DNA of 64,000 bases, from NCBI RefSeq assembly GCF_009914755.1, contig NC_060926.1; one strand, 5' to 3'. The notes under the pieces are model-generated. The model worked only from the letters and a program-made list of their open reading frames with translations. It was not told where the DNA came from and did no database searches. Positions 38,664-52,920 of this stretch are shown piece by piece. This DNA is from the human T2T-CHM13v2.0 reference genome, Homo sapiens. Positions within the stretch are counted from its first letter, which is position 1. Every line of letters begins with the position of its first letter. A program made the translations under genes and the position numbers.

Positions 38664-41600
38664 TCTAGACAGAAGCATTCTCAGAAGCTTCATTGGGATG
38701 TTTCAATTGAAGTCACAGTGTTGAACAGTCCCTTTCATAGAGCAGGTTTGAAACACTCTTTTTGTAGTATCTGGAAGTGGACATTTGGAGTGCTCTCAGG
38801 ACTGCGGTGAAAAAGGAAATATCTTCCAATAAAAGCTAGATAGAAGCAACGTCAGAAACTTTTTCATGATGTATCTACTCAGCTAACAGAGTTGAACCTT
38901 CATTTGAGAGAGCAGTTTTGAAACACTCGTTTTGTGGAATCTGCAAGTGGATATTTGTCTAGCTTTGAGGATTTCGTTGGAAACGGGATTACATATAAAA
39001 AGCAGACAGCAGCATTCCCAGAAACTTCTTTGTGATGTTTGCATTCAAGTCACAGAGTTGAACATTCCCTTTCATAGAGCAGGTTTGAAACACTCTTTTT
39101 GTAGTATCTGGATGTGGACATTTGCAGCGCTTTCAGGCATAAGGTGAAAAAGGAAATATCTTCCCCTGAAAACTAGACAGAAGCATTCTCAGAAACTTAT
39201 TTGTGATGTGCGCCCTCAACTAACAGTGTTGAAGCTTTCTTTTGATAGAGCAGTTTTGAAACACTCTTTTTGTAATATCTGCAAGAGGATATTTGGATAG
39301 CTTTGAGGATTTCGTTGGAAACGGGATTGTCTTCATATAAACTCTAGACAGAAGCATTCCCAGAAGCTTCATTGGGATGTTTCAATTGAAGTCACAGTGT
39401 TGAACAGTTCCTTTCATAGAACAGGTTTGAAACACTCTTTTTGTAGTATCTGGAAGTGGACATTTGGAGCGCTCTCAGGACTATGGTGAAAAAGGAAATA
39501 TCTTCCAATAAAAGCTACATAGAAGCAATGTCAGAAACTTTTTCATGATGTATCTACTCAGCTAACAGAGTTGAACCTTTCCTTTGAGAGAGCAGTTTTG
39601 AAACACTCTTTTTGTGGAATCTGCAAGTGGATATTTGTCTAGCTTTGAGGATTTCTTTGGAAACGGGATTACATATAAAAAGCAGACAGCAGCATTCCCA
39701 GTAACTTCTTTGTGATGTTTGCATTCAAGTCACAGAGTTGAACATTCCCTTTCATAGAGCAGGTTTGAAACACTCTTTTTGTAGTATCTGGATGTGGACA
39801 TTTGGAGCGCTTTCAGGCCTAGGGTGAAAAAGGAAATATCTTCCCCTGTAAACTAGACAGAAGCATTCTCAGAAACTTATTTGTGATGTGCGCCCTCAAC
39901 TAACAGTGTTGAACCTTTCTTTTGATAGAGCAGTTTTGAAACACTCTTTTTGTAATATCTGCAAGAGGATATTTGGATAGCTTTGAGGATTTCGTTGGAA
40001 ACGGGATTACATATAAAAAGCAGACAGCAGCATTCCCAGAATCTTGTTTGTGATGTTTGCATTCAAGTCACAGAGTTGAACATTCCCTTTCAGAGAGCAG
40101 GTTTGAAACACTCTTTTTATAGTATCTGGATGTGGACATTTGGAGCGCTTTCAGGCCTATGGTGAAAAAGGAAATATCTTCTCCTGTAAACTAGACAGAA
40201 GCATTCTCAGAATCTTATTTGTGATGTGCGCCCTCAACTAACAGTGTTGAAGCTTTCTTTTGATAGAGCAGTTTTGAAACACTCTTTTCGTAAAATCTGC
40301 AGGAGGATATTTTGATAGCTTTGAGGATTTCGTTGGAAACGGGATTGTCTTCATATAAACTCTAGACAGAAGCATTCTCAGAAGCTTCGTTGGGATGTTT
40401 CAATTGAAGTCACAGTGTTGAACAGTTCCTTTCATAGAACAGGTTTGAAACACTCTTTTTGTAGTATCTGGAAGTGGACATTTGGAGCGCTCTCAGGACT
40501 GCGGTGAAAAAGGATATATCTTCCAATAAAAGCTAGATAGAAGCAATGTCAGAAACTTTTTCATGATGTATCTACTCAGCTAACAGAGTTGAACCTTTCC
40601 TTTCAGAGAGCAGTTTTGAAACACTCTTTTTGTGGAATCTGCAAGTGGATATTTGTCTAGCTTTGAGGATTTCGTTGGAAACGGGATTACATATAAAAAG
40701 CAGACAGCAGCATTCCCAGAAACTTCATTGTGATGTTTGCATTCACGTCACAGAGTTGAACATTCCCTTTCATAGAGCAGGTTTGAAACACTCTTTTTGT
40801 AGTATCTGGATGTGGACATTTGGAGCGCTTTCAGGCCTATGGTGAAAAAGGAAATATCTTCCCCTGAAAACTAGACAGAAGCATTCTCAGAATCTTATTT
40901 GTGATGTGCGCCCTCAACTAACAGTGTTGAACCTTTCTTTTGATAGAGCAGTTTTGAAACACTCTTTTTGTAATATCTGCAAGAGGATATTTGGATAGCT
41001 TTGAGGATTTCGTTGGAAACGGGATTAATTATAAAAAGCAGACAGCAGCATTCCCAGAATCTTGTTTGTGATGTTTGCATTCAAGTCACAGAGTTGAACA
41101 TTCCCTTTCAGAGAGCAGGTTTGAAACACTCTTTTTATAGTATCTGGATGTGGACATTTGGAGCGCTTTCAGGCCTATGGTGAGAAAGGAAATATCTTCT
41201 CCTGAAAACTAGACAGAAGCTTTCTCAGAATCTTATTTGTGATGTGCGCCCTCAACTAACAGTGTTGAAGCTTTCTTTTGATAGAGCAGTTTTGAAACAC
41301 TCTTTTCGTAAAATCTGCAAGAGGATATTTTGATAGCTTTGAGGATTTCGTTGGAAACGGGATTGTCTTCATATAAACTCTAGACAGAAGCATTCTCAGA
41401 AGCTTCATTGGGATGTTTCAATTGAAGTCACAGTGTTGAACAGTCCCTTTCATAGAGCAGGTTTGAAACACTCTTTTTGTAGTATCTGGAAGTGGACATT
41501 TGGAGAGATCTCAGGAATACGGTGATAAAGGAAATATCTTCCAATAAAAGCTAGATAGAAGCAATGTCAGAAACTTTTTCATGATGTATCTACTCAGCTA

Positions 41601-44600
41601 ACAGAGTTGAACCTTTCTTTTGAGAGAGCAGTTTTGAAACACTCTTTTTGTGGAATCTGCAAGTGGATATTTGTCTAGCTTTGAGGATTTCGTTGGAAAC
41701 GGGATTACATATAAAAAGCAGACAGCAGCATTCCCAGTAACTTCTTTGTGATGTTTGCATTCAAGTCACAGAGTTGAACATTCCCTTTCATAGAGCAGGT
41801 TTGAAACATTTTTTTTGTAGTATCTGGATGTGGACATTTGGAGCGCTTTCAGGCCTATGGTGAAAAAGGAAATATCTTCCAATAAAAGCTACATAGAAGC
41901 AATGTCAGAAACTTTTTCATGATGTATCTACCCAGCGAACAGAGTTGAACCTTTCTTTTGAGAGAGCAGTTTTGAAACACTCTTTTTGTGGAATCTGGAA
42001 GTGGATATTTGTCTAGCTTTGAGGATTTCGTTGGAAACGGGATTACATATAAAAAGCAGACAGCAGCATTCCCAGTAACTTCTTTGTGATGTTTGCATTC
42101 AAGTCACAGAGTTGAACATTCCCTTTCATAGAGCAGGTTTGAAACACTCTTTTTGTAGTATCTGGATGTGGACATTTGGAGCGCTTTCAGGCCTATGGTG
42201 AAAAAGGAAATATCTTCCCCAGAAAACTAGACAGAAGCATTCTCAGAATCTTATTTGTGATGTGCGCCCTCAACTAACAGTGTTGAAGCTTTCTTTTGAT
42301 AGAGCAGTTTTGAAACCCTCTTTTTGTAATATCTGCAAGAGGATATTTGGATAGCTTTGAGGATTTCGTTGGAAACGGGATTGTCTTCATATAAACTCTA
42401 GACAGAAGCATTCCCAGAAGCTTCATTGGGATGTTTCAATTGAAGTCACAGTGTTGAACAGTTCCTTTCATAGAACAGGTTTGAAACACACTTTTTGTAG
42501 TATCTGGAAGTGGACATTTGGAGCGCTCTCAGGACTATGGTGAAAAAGGAAATATCTTCCAATAAAAGCTACATAGAAGCAATGTCAGAAACTTTTTCAT
42601 GATGTATCTACTCAGCTAACAGAGTTGAACCTTTCCTTTGAGAGAGCAGTTTTGAAACACTCTTTTTGTGGAATCTGCAAGTGGATATTTGTCTAGCTTT
42701 GAGGATTTCTTTGGAAACGGGATTACATATAAAAAGCAGACAGCAGCATTCCCAGTAACTTCTTTGTGATGTTTGCATTCAAGTCACAGAGTTGAACATT
42801 CCCTTTCATAGAGCAGGTTTGAAACACTCTTTTTGTAGTATCTGGATGTGGACATTTGGAGCGCTTTCAAGCCTAGGGTGAAAAAGGAAATATCTTCCCC
42901 TGAAAACTAGACAGAAGCATTCTCAGAAACTTATTTGTGATGTGCGCCCTCAACTAACAGTGTTGAACCTTTCTTTTGATAGAGCAGTTTTGAAACACTC
43001 TTTTTGTAATATCTGCAAGAGGATATTTGGATAGCTTTGAGGATTTCGTTGGAAACGGGATTGTCTTCATATAAACTCTAGACAGAAGCATTCTGAGAAG
43101 CTTCATTGGGATGTTTCAATTGAAGTCACAGTGTTGAACAGTTCCTTTCATAGAACAGGTTTGAAACACTCTTTTTGTAGTATCTGGAAGTGGACATTTG
43201 GAGCGCTCTCAGGACTGCGGTGAAAAAGGAAATATCTTCCAATAAAAGCTACATAGAAGCAATGTCAGAAACTTTTTCATGATGTATCTACTCAGCTAAC
43301 AGAGTTGAACCTTTCCTTTCAGAGAGCAGTTTTGAAACACTCTTTTTGTGGAATCTGCAAGTGGATATTTGTCTAGCTTTGAGGATTTCGTTGGAAACGG
43401 GATTACATATAAAAAGCAGACAGCAGCATTCCCAGAAACTTCATTGTGATGTTTGCATTCACGTCACAGAGTTGAACATTCCCTTTCATAGAGCAGGTTT
43501 GAAACACTCTTTTTGTAGTATCTGGATGTGGACATTTGGAGCGCTTTCAGGCCTATGGTGAAAAAGGAAATATCTTCCAATAAAAGCTACATAGAAGCAA
43601 TGTCAGAAACTTTTTCATGATGTATCTACTCAGCTAACAGAGTTGAACCTTTCTTTTGAGAGAGCAGTTTTGAAACACTCTTTTTGTGGAATCTGGAAGT
43701 GGATATTTGTCTAGCTTTGAGGATTTCGTTGGAAACGGGATTACATATAAAAAGCAGACAGCAGCATTCCCAGTAACTTCTTTGTGATGTTTGCATTCAA
43801 GTCACAGAGTTGAACATTCCCTTTCATAGAGCAGGTTTGAAACACTCTTTTTGTAGTATCTGGATGTGGACATTTGGAGCGCTTTCAGGCCTATGGTGAA
43901 AAAGGAAATATCTTCCCCAGAAAACTAGACAGAAGCATTCTCAGAATCTTATTTGTGATGTGCGCCCTCAACTAACAGTGTTGAAGCTTTCTTTTGATAG
44001 AGCAGTTTTGAAACCCTCTTTTCGTAAAATCTGCAAGAGGATATTTTGATAGCTTTGAGGATTTCGTTGGAAACGGGATTGTCTTCATATAAACTCTAGA
44101 CAGAAGCATTCTCAGAAGCTTCATTGGGATGTTTCAATTAAAGTCACAGTGTTGAACAGTCCCTTTCATAGAGCAGGTTAGAAACACTCTTTTTGTAGTA
44201 TCTGGAAGTGGACATTTGGAGCGCTCTCAGGACTGCGGTGAAAAAGGAAATATCTTCCAATAAAAGCTAGATAGAAGCAATGTCAGAAACTTTTTCATGA
44301 TGTATCTACTCAGCTAACAGAGTTGAACCTTCCTTTGAGAGAGCAGTTTTGAAACACTCTTTTTGTGGAATCTGCAAGTGGATATTTGTCTAGCTTTGAG
44401 GATTTCGTTGGAAACGGGTTACATATAAAAAGCAGACAGCAGCATTCCCAGAAACTTCTTTGTGTTGTTTGCATTCAAGTCACAGAGTTGAACATTCCCT
44501 TTCATAGAGCAGGTTTGAAACACTCTTTTTGTAGTATCTGGATGTGGACATTTGCAGCGCTTTCAGGCCTAAGGTGAAAAAGGAAATATCTTCCCCTGAA

Positions 44601-47600
44601 AACTAGACAGAAGCATTCTCAGAAACTTATTTGTGATGTGCGCCCTCAACTAACAGTGTTGAAGCTTTCTTTTGATAGAGCAGTTTTGAAACCCTCTTTT
44701 TGTAAAATCTGCAAGAGGATATTTGGATAGCTTTGAGGATTTCGTTGGAAACGGGATTGTCTTCATATAAACTCTAGACAGAAGCATTCTCAGAAGCTTC
44801 ATTGGGATGTTTCAATTGAAGTCACAGTGTTGAACAGTCCCTTTCATAGAGCAGGTTTGAAACACTCTTTTTGTAGTATCTGGAAGTGGACATTAGGAAC
44901 GCTCTCAGGACTATGGTGAAAAAGGAAATATCTTCCAATAAAAGCTAGATAGAAGCAATGTCAGAAACTTTTTCATGATGTATCTACTCAGCTAACAGAG
45001 TTGAACCTTCTTTTGAGAGAGCAGTTTTGAAACACTCGTTTTGTGGAATCTGCAAGTGGATATTTGTCTAGCTTTGAGGATTTCGTTGGAAACGGGATTA
45101 CATATAAAAAGCAGACAGCAGCATTCCCAGAAACTTCTTTGTGATGTTTGCATTCAAGTCACAGAGTTGAACATTCCCTTTCATAGAGCAGGTTTGAAAC
45201 ACTCTTTTTGTAGTATCTGGATGTGGACATTTGCAGCGCTTTCAGGCATAAGGTGAAAAAGGAAATATCTTCCCCTGAAAACTAGACAGAAGCATTCTCA
45301 GAAACTTATTTGTGATGTGCGCCCTCAACTAACAGTGTTGAAGCTTTCTTTTGATAGAGCAGTTTTGAAACACTCTTTTTGTAATATCTGCAAGAGGATA
45401 TTTGGATAGCTTTGAGGATTTCGTTGGAAACGGGATTGTCTTCATATAAACTCTAGACAGAAGCATTCCCAGAAGCTTCATTGGGATGTTTCAATTGAAG
45501 TCACAGTGTTGAACAGTTCCTTTCATAGAACAGGTTTGAAACACTCTTTTTGTAGTATCTGGAAGTGGACATTTGGAGCGCTCTCAGGACTATGGTGAAA
45601 AAGGAAATATCTTCCAATAAAAGCTACATAGAAGCAATGTCAGAAACTTTTTCATGATGTATCTACTCAGCTAACAGAGTTGAACCTTTCCTTTGAGAGA
45701 GCAGTTTTGAAACACTCTTTTTGTGGAATCTGCAAGTGGATATTTGTCTAGCTTTGAGGATTTCGTTGGAAACGGGATTACATATAAAAAGCAGACAGCA
45801 GCATTCCCAGAAACTTCTTTGTGATGTTTGCATTCAAGTCACAGAGTTGAACATTCCCTTTCATAGAGCAGGTTTGAAACACTCTTTTTGTAGTATCTGG
45901 ATGTGGACATTTGCAGCGCTTTCAGGCCTAAGGTGAAAAAGGAAATATCTTCCCCTGAAAACTAGACAGAAGCATTCTCAGAAACTTATTTGTGATGTGC
46001 GCCCTCAACTAACAGTGTTGAAGCTTTCTTTTGATAGAGCAGTTTTGAAACACTCTTTTTGTAATATCTGCAAGAGGATATTTGGATAGATTTGAGGATT
46101 TCGTTGGAAACGGGATTGTCTTCATATAAACTCTAGACAGAAGCATTCTCAGAAGCTTCATTGGGATGTTTCAATTGAAGTCACAGTGTTGAACAGTTCC
46201 TTTCATAGAACAGGTTTGAAACACTCTTTTTGTAGTATCTGGAAGTGGACATTTGGAGCGCTCTCAGGACTGCGGTGAAAAAGGAAATATCTTCCAATAA
46301 AAGCTACATAGAAGCAATGTCAGAAACTTTCTCATGATGTATCTACTCAGCTAACAGAGTTGAACCTTTCCTTTCAAAGAGCAGTTTTGAAACACTCTTT
46401 TTGTGGAATCTGCAAGTGGATATTTCTCTAGATTTGAGGATTTCGTTGGAAACGGGATTACATATAAAAAGCAGACAGCAGCATTCCCAGAAACTTCTTT
46501 GTGATGTTTGCATTCACGTCACAGAGTTGAACATTCCCTTTCATAGAGCAGGTTTGAAACACTCTTTTTGTAGTATCTGGATGTGGACATTTGGAGCGCT
46601 TTCAGGCCTATGGTGAAAAAGGAAATATCTTCCCCTGAAAACTAGACAGAAGCATTCTCAGAAACTTATTTGTGATGTGCGCCCTCAACTAACAGTGTTG
46701 AACCTTTCTTTTGATAGAGCAGTTTTGAAACACTCTTTTTGTAATATCTGCAAGAGGATATTTGGATAGCTTTGAGGATTTCGTTGGAAACGGGATTAAT
46801 TATAAAAAGCAGACAGCAGCATTCCCAGAATCTTGTTTGTGATGTTTCCATTCAAGTCACAGAGTTGAACATTCCCTTTCAGAGAGCAGGTTTGAAACAC
46901 TCTTTTTATAGTATCTGGATGTGGACATTTGGAGCGCTTTCAGGCCTATGGTGAAAAAGGAAATATCTTCTCCTGAAAACTAGACAGAAGCTTTCTCAGA
47001 ATCTTATTTGTGATGTGCGCCCTCAACTAACAGTGTTGAAGCTTTCTTTTGATAGAGCAGTTTTGAAACACTCTTTTCGTAAAATCTGCAAGAGGATATT
47101 TTGATAGCTTTGAGGATTTCGTTGGAAACGGGATTGTCTTCATATAAACTCTAGACAGAAGCATTCTCAGAAGCTTCATTGGGATGTTTCAATTGAAGTC
47201 ACAGTGTTGAACAGTCCCTTTCATAGAGCAGGTTTGAAACACTCTTTTTGTAGTATCTGGAAGTGGACATTTGGAGAGATCTCAGGAATACGGTGATAAA
47301 GGAAATATCTTCCAATAAAAGCTAGATAGAAGCAATGTCAGAAACTTTTTCATGATGTATCTACTCAGCTAACAGAGTTGAACCTTTCTTTTGAGAGAGC
47401 AGTTTTGAAACACTCTTTTTGTGGAATCTGCAAGTGGATATTTGTCTAGCTTTGAGGATTTCGTTGGAAACGGGATTACATATAAAAAGCAGACAGCAGC
47501 ATTCCCAGTAACTTCTTTGTGATGTTTGCATTCAAGTCACAGAGTTGAACATTCCCTTTCATAGAGCAGGTTTGAAACACTTTTTTTGTAGTATCTGGAT

Positions 47601-50600
47601 GTGGACATTTGGAGCGCTTTCAGGCCTATGGTGAAAAAGGAAATATCTTCCAATAAAAGCTACATAGAAGCAATGTCAGAAACTTTTTCATGATGTATCT
47701 ACTCAGCTAACAGAGTTGAACCTTTCTTTTGAGAGAGCAGTTTTGAAACACTCTTTTTGTGGAATCTGGAAGTGGATATTTGTCTAGCTTTGAGGATTTC
47801 GTTGGAAACGGGATTACATATAAAAAGCAGACAGCAGCATTCCCAGTAACTTCTTTGTGATGTTTGCATTCAAGTCACAGAGTTGAACATTCCCTTTCAT
47901 AGAGCAGGTTTGAAACACTCTTTTTGTAGTATCTGGATGTGGACATTTGCAGCGCTTTCAGGCCTATGGTGAAAAAGGAAATATCTTCCCCAGAAAACTA
48001 GACAGAAGCATTCTCAGAATCTTATTTGTGATGTGCGCCCTCAACTAACAGTGTTGAAGCTTTCTTTTGATAGAGCAGTTTTGAAACCCTCTTTTCGTAA
48101 AATCTGCAAGAGGATATTTTGATAGCTTTGAGGATTTCGTTGGAAACGGGATTGTCTTCATATAAACTCTAGACAGAAGCATTCTCAGAAGCTTCATTGG
48201 GATGTTTCAATTAAAGTCACAGTGTTGAACAGTCCCTTTCATAGAGCAGGTTTGAAACACTCTTTTTGTAGTATCTGGAAGTGGACATTTGGAGCGCTCT
48301 CAGGACTGCGGTGAAAAAGGAAATATCTTCCAATAAAAGCTAGATAGAAGCAATGTCAGAAACTTTTTCATGATGTATCTACTCAGCTAACAGAGTTGAA
48401 CCTTCCTTTGAGAGAGCAGTTTTGAAACACTCTTTTTGTGGAATCTGCAAGTGGATATTTGTCTAGCTTTGAGGATTTCGTTGGAAACGGGTTACATATA
48501 AAAAGCAGACAGCAGCATTCCCAGAAACTTCTTTGTGTTGTTTGCATTCAAGTCACAGAGTTGAACATTCCCTTTCATAGAGCAGGTTTGAAACACTCTT
48601 TTTGTAGTATCTGGATGTGGACATTTGCAGCGCTTTCAGGCCTAAGGTGAAAAAGGAAATATCTTCCCCTGAAAACTAGACAGAAGCATTCTCAGAAACT
48701 TATTTGTGATGTGCGCCCTCAACTAACAGTGTTGAAGCTTTCTTTTGATAGAGCAGTTTTGAAACACTCTTTTTGTAAAATCTGCAAGAGGATATTTGGA
48801 TAGCTTTGAGGATTTCGTTGGAAACGGGATTGTCTTCATATAAACTCTAGACAGAAGCATTCTCAGAAGCTTCATTGGGATGTTTCAATTGAAGTCACAG
48901 TGTTGAACAGTCCCTTTCATAGAGCAGGTTTGAAACACTCTTTTTGTATTATCTGGAAGTGGACATTAGGAACGCTCTCAGGACTGCGTTGAAAAAGGAA
49001 ATATCTTCCAATAAAAGCTAGATAGAAGCAATGTCAGAAACTTTTTCATGATGTATCTACTCAGCTAACAGAGTTGAACCTTCATTTGAGAGAGCAGTTT
49101 TGAAACACTCGTTTTCTGGAATCTGCAAGTGGATATTTGTCTAGCTTTGAGGATTTCGTTGGAAACGGGATTACATATAAAAAGCAGACAGCAGCATTCC
49201 CAGAAACTTCTTTGTGATGTTTGCATTCAAGTCACAGAGTTGAACATTCCCTTTCATAGAGCAGGTTTGAAACACTCTTTTTGTAGTATCTGGATGTGGA
49301 CATTTGCAGCGCTTTCAGGCATAAGGTGAAAAAGGAAATATCTTCCCCTGAAAACTAGACAGAAGCATTCTCAGAAACTTATTTGTGATGTGCGCCCTCA
49401 ACTAACAGTGTTGAAGCTTTCTTTTGATAGAGCAGTTTTGAAACACTCTTTTTGTAATATCTGCAAGAGGATATTTGGATAGCTTTGAGGATTTCGTTGG
49501 AAACGGGATTGTCTTCATATAAACTCTAGACAGAAGCATTCCCAGAAGCTTCATTGGGATGTTTCAATTGAAGTCACAGTGTTGAACAGTTCCTTTCATA
49601 GAACAGGTTTGAAACACTCTTTTTGTAGTATCTGGAAGTGGACATTTGGAGCGCTCTCAGGACTATGGTGAAAAAGGAAATATCTTCCAATAAAAGCTAC
49701 ATAGAAGCAATGTCAGAAACTTTTTCATGATGTATCTACTCAGCTAACAGAGTTGAACCTTTCCTTTGAGAGAGCAGTTTTGAAACACTCTTTTTGTGGA
49801 ATCTGCAAGTGGATATTTGTCTAGCTTTGAGGATTTCGTTGGAAACGGGATTACATATAAAAAGCAGACAGCAGCATTCCCAGTAACTTCTTTGTGATGT
49901 TTGCATTCAAGTCACAGAGTTGAACATTCCCTTTCATAGAGCAGGTTTGAAACACTCTTTTTGTAGTATCTGGATGTGGACATTTGGAGCGCTTTCAGGC
50001 CTAGGGTGAAAAAGGAAATATCTTCCCCTGAAAACTAGACAGAAGCATTCTCAGAAACTTATTTGTGATGTGCGCCCTCAACTAACAGTGTTGAACCTTT
50101 CTTTTGATAGAGCAGTTTTGAAACACTCTTTTTGTAATATCTGCAAGAGGATATTTGGATAGCTTTGAGGATTTCGTTGGAAACGGGATTGTCTTCATAT
50201 AAACTCTAGACAGAAGCATTCTCAGAAGCGTCATTGGGATGTTTCAATTGAAGTCACAGTGTTGAACAGTCCCTTTCATAGAGCAGGTTTGAAACACTCC
50301 TTTTGTAGTATCTGGATGTGGACATTTGGAGCGCTTTCAGGCCTATGGTTTAAAAGGAAATATCTTCCCCTGAAAACTAGACAGAAGCATTCTCAGAAAC
50401 TTATTTGTGATGTGCGCCCTCAACTAACAGTGTTGAAGCATTCTTTTGATAGAGCAGTTTTGAAACACTCTTTTTGTGGAATCTGCAAGTGGATATTTGT
50501 CTAGCTTTGAGGATTTCGTTGGAAACGGGATTACATATAAAAAGCAGACAGCAGCATTCCCAGAAACTTCTTTGTGATGTTTGCATTCAAGTCACAGAGT

Positions 50601-51564
50601 TGAACATTCCCTTTCATAGAGCAGGTTTGAAACACTCTTTTTGTAGTATCTGGATGTGGACATTTGGAGCGCTTTCAGGCCTATGGTGAAAAAGGAAATA
50701 TCTTCCCCTGAAAACTAGACAGAAGCATTCTCAGAAACTTATTTGTGATGTGCGCCCTCAACTAACAGTGTTGAACCTTTCTTTTGATAGAGCAGTTTTG
50801 AAACACTCTTTTTGTAATATCTGCAAGAGGATATTTGGATAGCTTTGAGGATTTCGTTGGAAACGGGTTTGTCTTCACATAAACTCTAGACAGAAGCATT
50901 CTCAGAAGCTTCATTGGGATGTTTCAATTGAAGTCACAGTGTTGAACAGTCCCTTTCATAGAGCAGGTTTGAAACACTCTTTTTGTAGTATCTGGAAGTG
51001 GACATTTGGAGAGATCTCAGGAATACGGTGATAAAGGAAATATCTTCCAATAAAAGCTAGATAGAAGCAATGTCAGAAACTTTTTCATGATGTATCTACT
51101 CAGCTAACAGAGTTGAACCTTTCTTTTGAGAGAGCAGTTTTGAAACACTCTTTTTGTGGAATCTGCAAGTGGATATTTGTCTAGCTTTGAGGATTTCGTT
51201 GGAAACGGGATTACATATAAAAAGCAGACAGCAGCATTCCCAGAAACTTCTTTGTGATGTTTGCATTCAAGTCACAGAGTTGAACATTCCCTTTCATAGA
51301 GCAGGTTTGAAACACTCTTTTTGTAGTATCTGGATGTGGACATTTGGAGCGCTTTCAGGCCTATGGTGAAAAAGGAAATATCTTCCCCAGAAAACTAGAC
51401 AGAAGCATTCTCAGAAACTTATTTGTGATGTGCGCCCTCAACTAACAGTGTTTAACCTTTCTTTTGATAGAGCAGTTTTGAAACACTCTTTTTGTAATAT
51501 CTGCAGGAGGATATTTGGATAGCTTTGAGGATTTCGTTGGAAACGGGATTGTCTTCATATAAAC

Positions 51565-52920
51565 TCTAGACAGAAGCATTCTCAGAAGCTTCATTGGGAA
51601 GTTTCAATTGAAGTCACAGTGTTGAACAGTTCCTTTCATAGAACAGGTTTCAAACACTCTTTTTGTAGTATCTGGAAGTGGACATTTGGAGCGCTCTCAG
51701 GACTACGGTGAAAAAGGAAATATCTTCCAATAAAAGCTACATAGAAGCAATGTCAGAAACTTTTTCATGATGTATCTACTCAGCTAACAGAGTTGAACCT
51801 TTCTTTTGAGAGAGCAGTTTTGAAACACTCTTTTGGTGGAATCTGCAAGTGGATATTTGTCTAGCTTTGAGGATTTCGTTGGAAACGGGATTACATATAA
51901 AAAGCAGACAGCAGCATTCCCAGTAACTTCTTTGTGATGTTTGCATTCAAGTCAGAGAGTTGAACATTCCCTTTCATAGAGCAGGTTTGTAACACTCTTT
52001 TTGAAGTATCTGGATGTGGACATTTGGAGCGCTTTCAGGCCTATGGTGAAAAAGGAAATATCTTCCCCTGAAAACTAGACAGAAGCATTCTCAGAAACTT
52101 ATTTGTGATGTGCGCCCTCAACTAACGGTGTTGAACCTTTCTTTTGATAGAGCAGTTTTGAAACACTCTTTTTGTAATATCTGCAAGAGGATATTTGGAT
52201 AGCTTTGATGATTTCGTTGGAAACGGGATTAATTATAAAAAGCCGACAGCAGCATTCCCAGAATCTTGTTTGTGATGTTTGCATTCAAGTCACAGAGTTG
52301 AACATTCCCTTTCAGAGAGCAGGTTTGAAACACTCTTTTTATAGTATCTGGATGTGGACATTTGGAGCGCTTTCAGGCCTATGGTGAAAAAGGAAATATC
52401 TTCCCCTGAAAACTAGACAGAAGCATTCTCAGAAACTTATTTGTGATGTGCGCCCTCAACTAACGGTGTTGAACCTTTCTTTTGATAGAGCAGTTTTGAA
52501 ACACTCTTTTTGTAATATCTGCAAGAGGATATTTGGATAGCTTTGATGATTTCGTTGGAAACGGGATTAATTATAAAAAGCCGACAGCAGCATTCCCAGA
52601 ATCTTGTTTGTGATGTTTGCATTCAAGTCACAGAGTTGAACATTCCCTTTCAGAGAGCAGGTTTGAAACACTCTTTTTATAGTATCTGGATGTGGACATT
52701 TGGAGCGCTTTCAGGCCTATGGTGAAAAAGGAAATATCTTCTCCTGAAAACTAGACAGAAGCTTTCTCAGAATCTTATTTGTGATGTGCGCCCTCAACTA
52801 ACAGTGTTGAAGCTTTCTTTTGATAGAGCAGTTTTGAAACACTCTTTTCGTAAAATCTGCAAGAGGATATTTTGATAGCTTTGAGGATTTCGTTGGAAAC
52901 GGGATTGTCTTCATATAAAC
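51565..52920 (+). repeat. 8-mer HOR variant (1356 bp) containing a perfect 338-bp tandem dimer duplication at 52005-52741
   Basis: XbaI sites at 51565 and 52921. The private variants AACGGTG, TTTGATGA and AGCCGAC are each present twice, 338 bp apart. Confidence 0.92.
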
